A stretch of 48,958 bases of DNA from the sequence record SRR31156797_8486, one strand, 5' to 3'. The notes beneath the pieces are model-generated. The model had not been told where the DNA came from. It did no database searches and saw only the letters and a program-made list of their open reading frames with translations. Positions 46,457 through 48,958 of the stretch are shown here, one piece after another (positions within the stretch are counted from its first letter, which is position 1; every line of letters starts with the position of its first letter). A program made the position numbers and the translations under genes.

Positions 46457-47545
46457 TCAATCTCCCAAACAAATACCAATTTCACGGGCGGTAAGCACTT
46501 TATCACTGCTCAAGTCCACCTTTTTCCGCTTGCAGATAGCATCGGCAATCGGTACAGACGACATCGTCGGTGGTGTCCAAGCGACCATATGATCAAACAT
46601 CTCCGCCTCAGCCATCCGAACCGCTGCTGCACCGAAGCGAAGCGCAAGCAACCTGTCAAAGGTCGTAGGTGAGCCGCCGCGCTGAAGATGTCCCAGTACC
46701 AGAGAACGGGTGTCCTTGCCAAGCCGCTCTCGGATCTCAGCTGCAACCCACTCGCCAACGCCGCCAAGGACCATCTCATCCCGCCCCAGTTCGCCTTTGC
46801 CTTTGCTCATCACCTTCCCCCCTTCGGAGGCGGCCCCCTCGGCAACCACTACGATAGAATAATGTTTGTCATGCAATTCATTATCGGCAATCTTTTCGCA
46901 AACCGCATCGAGACTGAAAGGTATCTCGGGCAGGAGGATAACATCAGCGCCACCGGAAATACCGGAATACAGCGCTATCCACCCTGAATCACGCCCCATG
47001 ACTTCGACAACCATCACACGATCATGGGATTTTGCAGTAGAATGCAGCTTATCGATGGCATCCGTAGCAGTAGAAACGGCAGTATCAAAGCCAAATGTCC
47101 TATCAGTTGCTTCCAGATCATTATCAATGGTTTTAGGTACACCGATAACAGGCATCCCTTTCTGAGCAAAACGATGGGCAATTTCCAGACTACCATCACC
47201 ACCGATAGCCACATGGCAAAAAAAGCCCATTCGTTTAAAGTTGCTCATTATCTTATCAGAAATATCTATGACTTGAATCTCGCCTGCGAGATTTTCGACT
47301 GGCATAGCAAAAGGGTTTCCCTTATTGGTTGAGCCGAGAATAGTCCCTCCTACAGGCAGGATACCTTCAACGTCTTCCGGAGAAAGGCGAACCAAATCAT
47401 CCCGGTCCAACAAACCGCCATAGCCTGACCGACTGCCATACACCTCCCACCCCTTTTGGGTTGCAGACTTAACCACTGCAAAAATCACCGCATTAAGACC
47501 AGGGGCATCACCACCACCGGTGGATATTAAAATTTTTTCACGCAT
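46457..47545 (-). CDS. pfkA: 6-phosphofructokinase (group III type)
   Basis: TGGGDAPGLN, GGTILG, IGGDGSL, PKTIDND, VEVMGR, LGHLQRGG. Confidence 0.93.
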   Translation of the reverse strand: MREKILISTGGGDAPGLNAVIFAVVKSATQKGWEVYGSRSGYGGLLDRDDLVRLSPEDVEGILPVGGTILGSTNKGNPFAMPVENLAGEIQVIDISDKIMSNFKRMGFFCHVAIGGDGSLEIAHRFAQKGMPVIGVPKTIDNDLEATDRTFGFDTAVSTATDAIDKLHSTAKSHDRVMVVEVMGRDSGWIALYSGISGGADVILLPEIPFSLDAVCEKIADNELHDKHYSIVVVAEGAASEGGKVMSKGKGELGRDEMVLGGVGEWVAAEIRERLGKDTRSLVLGHLQRGGSPTTFDRLLALRFGAAAVRMAEAEMFDHMVAWTPPTMSSVPIADAICKRKKVDLSSDKVLTAREIGICLGD

Positions 47546-47823
47546 ATGTTTGACATCATAAAAACTTTTAAACTATAAACGCACTTCGCCTCTAGAAAAG
47601 AGGCAAGCAATGCGTACTCTATTTATATGAGATAAAGTGTAGAGACTGGGAACAGTTTTGACAACATCTTTCAACAATTCGATATCTATTACTCAAAATT
47701 CGCCCCATTTGAATATTGCCGTCAGCAAAGAGGACTTCCCTCTTTTTATATTTTATGGTAAAGGGCTTTTTCATCTTAGATGTACGTAATTTCATACAGA
47801 TGACATTGGATTGTCTCCCTGTA

Positions 47824-47852
47824 TTGACATTATATACCAATAGCCTTAACGT
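47824..47852 (+). promoter_or_regulatory. Putative sigma70 promoter of the HesB-like selenoprotein gene
   Basis: TTGACA (47824-47829), 17 nt, TAACGT (47847-47852); TATTG/CAATA inverted repeat overlapping the -35. Confidence 0.6.
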
Positions 47853-47913
47853 AGTACGTATGTCAGAACAGAGTCCCTTTAGTGGATAAAGAAAGGAAAT
47901 TTAGGAGGTATGA

Positions 47914-48249
47914 ATGTTTGAAGTAACAGAATCAGCTATAAAAAATCTCAAATCCTATCTGGAGCAAAACAGCATTGAATCTGCTGTCCGCATCGCTTTG
48001 ATGCAGGGTGGCTGAGCTGGCCCATCTTTGGGATTGGCTCTGGATGAGCCAAAGGATAACGATAAAACTTTCGAAGAAGACGCTATAAAATTCCTGGTTG
48101 AAGATAGTCTATTGACTACCTGCGGTGCAATCAAAGTTGATTTCCTGGAAGCAGGATACAGATCAGGTTTTTCTATAACCTCAACTAATCCAGTTGGCGG
48201 TGGTGGTGGTTGCAGCTCAGGATCCTGTTCGTCAGGTTCGTGTGGCTGA
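47914..48249 (+). CDS. HesB/IscA-like selenoprotein (Sec at codon 34, TGA 48013-48015)
   Basis: AGGAGG RBS plus ATG 47914; MFEVTESA...LMQGG-U-AGPSLGLALDE... collinear with the downstream paralog, which has Cys at this position; SECIS-like hairpin downstream. Confidence 0.93.
48034..48052 (+). promoter_or_regulatory. Bacterial SECIS element
   Basis: TTGGCTC-TGGAT-GAGCCAA, a perfect 7-bp stem. The loop has G at position 2 and is separated from the UGA by 25 nt. Confidence 0.8.
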
Positions 48250-48274
48250 TACAAGAAATTATTTTCTTGTACAC

Positions 48275-48306
48275 AAGCCTCTGCCTCCGGGCAGGGGCTT
48301 TTTTTT
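48275..48306 (+). terminator. Intrinsic terminator after the selenoprotein gene
   Basis: AAGCCTCTGCC-TCCG-GGCAGGGGCTT followed by a T-tract. Confidence 0.9.
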
Positions 48307-48464
48307 GGTCAAACGAAAGGCCCTCACCTCCTGGAGGCAGCCAACGAATCGTACCGATGACGGATCATTTAGCCATTGTATTCGTTCATTTAACAATCAG
48401 GGAGACATACCTAAATGTCTTGTTTCCCTAAAAATGATTATTTTTATATTTACAGGAGATACAT

Positions 48465-48803
48465 ATGTTTGAAATTACAGAAACGGCCTTAGAGAACCTT
48501 ACATCTTACCTGCAGCAAAATAACACAGAATCCGCTATCCGCATTGCGCTGATGCAGGGCGGGTGCGCTGGCCCTGCATTGGGATTAGCTCTGGATGAAG
48601 CTAAAGAAAATGATACCACATTTAATGAAGGTACCATTGACTTTTTAATAGAAAAAGAACTGCTCTCCGCGTGCGGGGCTGTAAAAATTGATTTTATAAA
48701 TGCAGAACAAGGTTCTGGCTTTTCCATAACCTCAACCAATCCCGTTGGCGGCGGAGGTGGTTGTAGTTCTGGGTCATGCGCTTCAGGATCATGCTGCTCA
48801 TAA
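48465..48803 (+). CDS. HesB/IscA-like protein, cysteine paralog
   Basis: AGGAG RBS; LMQGGCAGPALGLALDE; C-terminal GGGGGCSSGSCASGSCCS. Confidence 0.93.
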   Translation: MFEITETALENLTSYLQQNNTESAIRIALMQGGCAGPALGLALDEAKENDTTFNEGTIDFLIEKELLSACGAVKIDFINAEQGSGFSITSTNPVGGGGGCSSGSCASGSCCS

Positions 48804-48812
48804 CTAGTGCCC

Positions 48813-48958
48813 GTCCATAAATACCCTTTTCACTCAATTTCGGCGTTGTGCTTAAAATTTTATCCTCAGAATATCAATTATATACCTGTGGTAAAATTTA
48901 TCGCACGCCTCGGAATCTACGCTTACCCGAACTTAAGCGAAAATCCTCATTTATGGAC
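48813..48958. repeat. Palindromic MITE/REP-like element (probably truncated by the window edge)
   Basis: Terminal inverted repeat GTCCATAAAT (48813-48822) / ATTTATGGAC (48949-48958) plus nested internal inverted arms. Confidence 0.7.

Noticed and set aside
48028-48249. 73-aa ORF, or a pseudogene reading of the first hesB copy
   Set aside because: It is the post-UGA part of the selenoprotein starting at 47914; the UGA aligns with Cys and has a SECIS-like hairpin.
48307-48390. Possible riboswitch between the hesB paralogs
   Set aside because: Only short hairpins (CCTCC/GGAGG, AACGAAT/ATTCGTT); no match to aptamer consensus sequences I recognise.
1-48958. tRNA, rRNA, CRISPR arrays, transposases, prophage genes
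   Set aside because: None recognised by eye; all long intergenic gaps were inspected. tRNAscan and Infernal were not run.

Overview
Core-genome window of a sulfate-reducing deltaproteobacterium (Desulfobacterota; Desulfobulbales-like by gene content, which is inference). It carries about 38 CDS, and I saw no rRNA, tRNA, CRISPR array or transposase. In order: gmhA, a deoxyhypusine-synthase-like hypothetical, hemC, cobA/hemD, a bacterial cereblon (CULT) protein; a COG4671-type glycosyltransferase; a lipoprotein, an FG-GAP/VCBS protein and a major porin; an atypical REC-GAF-HisKA kinase; a long operon (HEAT protein, DinG/YoaA, polyprenyl synthase, divergent polysaccharide deacetylase, two GT4, histidine phosphatase, second COG4671 GT, deacetylase); ispH; a POTRA-less Omp85 barrel. 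Next is an uncharacterised five-gene envelope system: a small FtsX permease, a LolD-type ATPase, a 1.6k-aa PA/pseudo-M28-peptidase-MacB/FtsX fusion and two remote OPT-like membrane proteins. Then ExeA-SPOR; a sigma54-driven PEP-CTERM gene; aat; a long RelA/SpoT homolog with an intact hydrolase but degenerate synthetase; rnr; trmJ-like; an HhH glycosylase; pfk. The window ends with a tandem pair of HesB/IscA-like genes. The first is a selenoprotein missed by the ORF track (in-frame UGA plus SECIS hairpin), the second is its Cys paralog, and a palindromic MITE/REP-like repeat follows. Best novelty candidates are the pseudo-peptidase ABC/OPT system, the Sec/Cys HesB tandem, the GT/phosphatase/deacetylase pathway, the hydrolase-only RSH and the palindromic repeat family. 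All family assignments come from reading motifs by eye; no searches were run.
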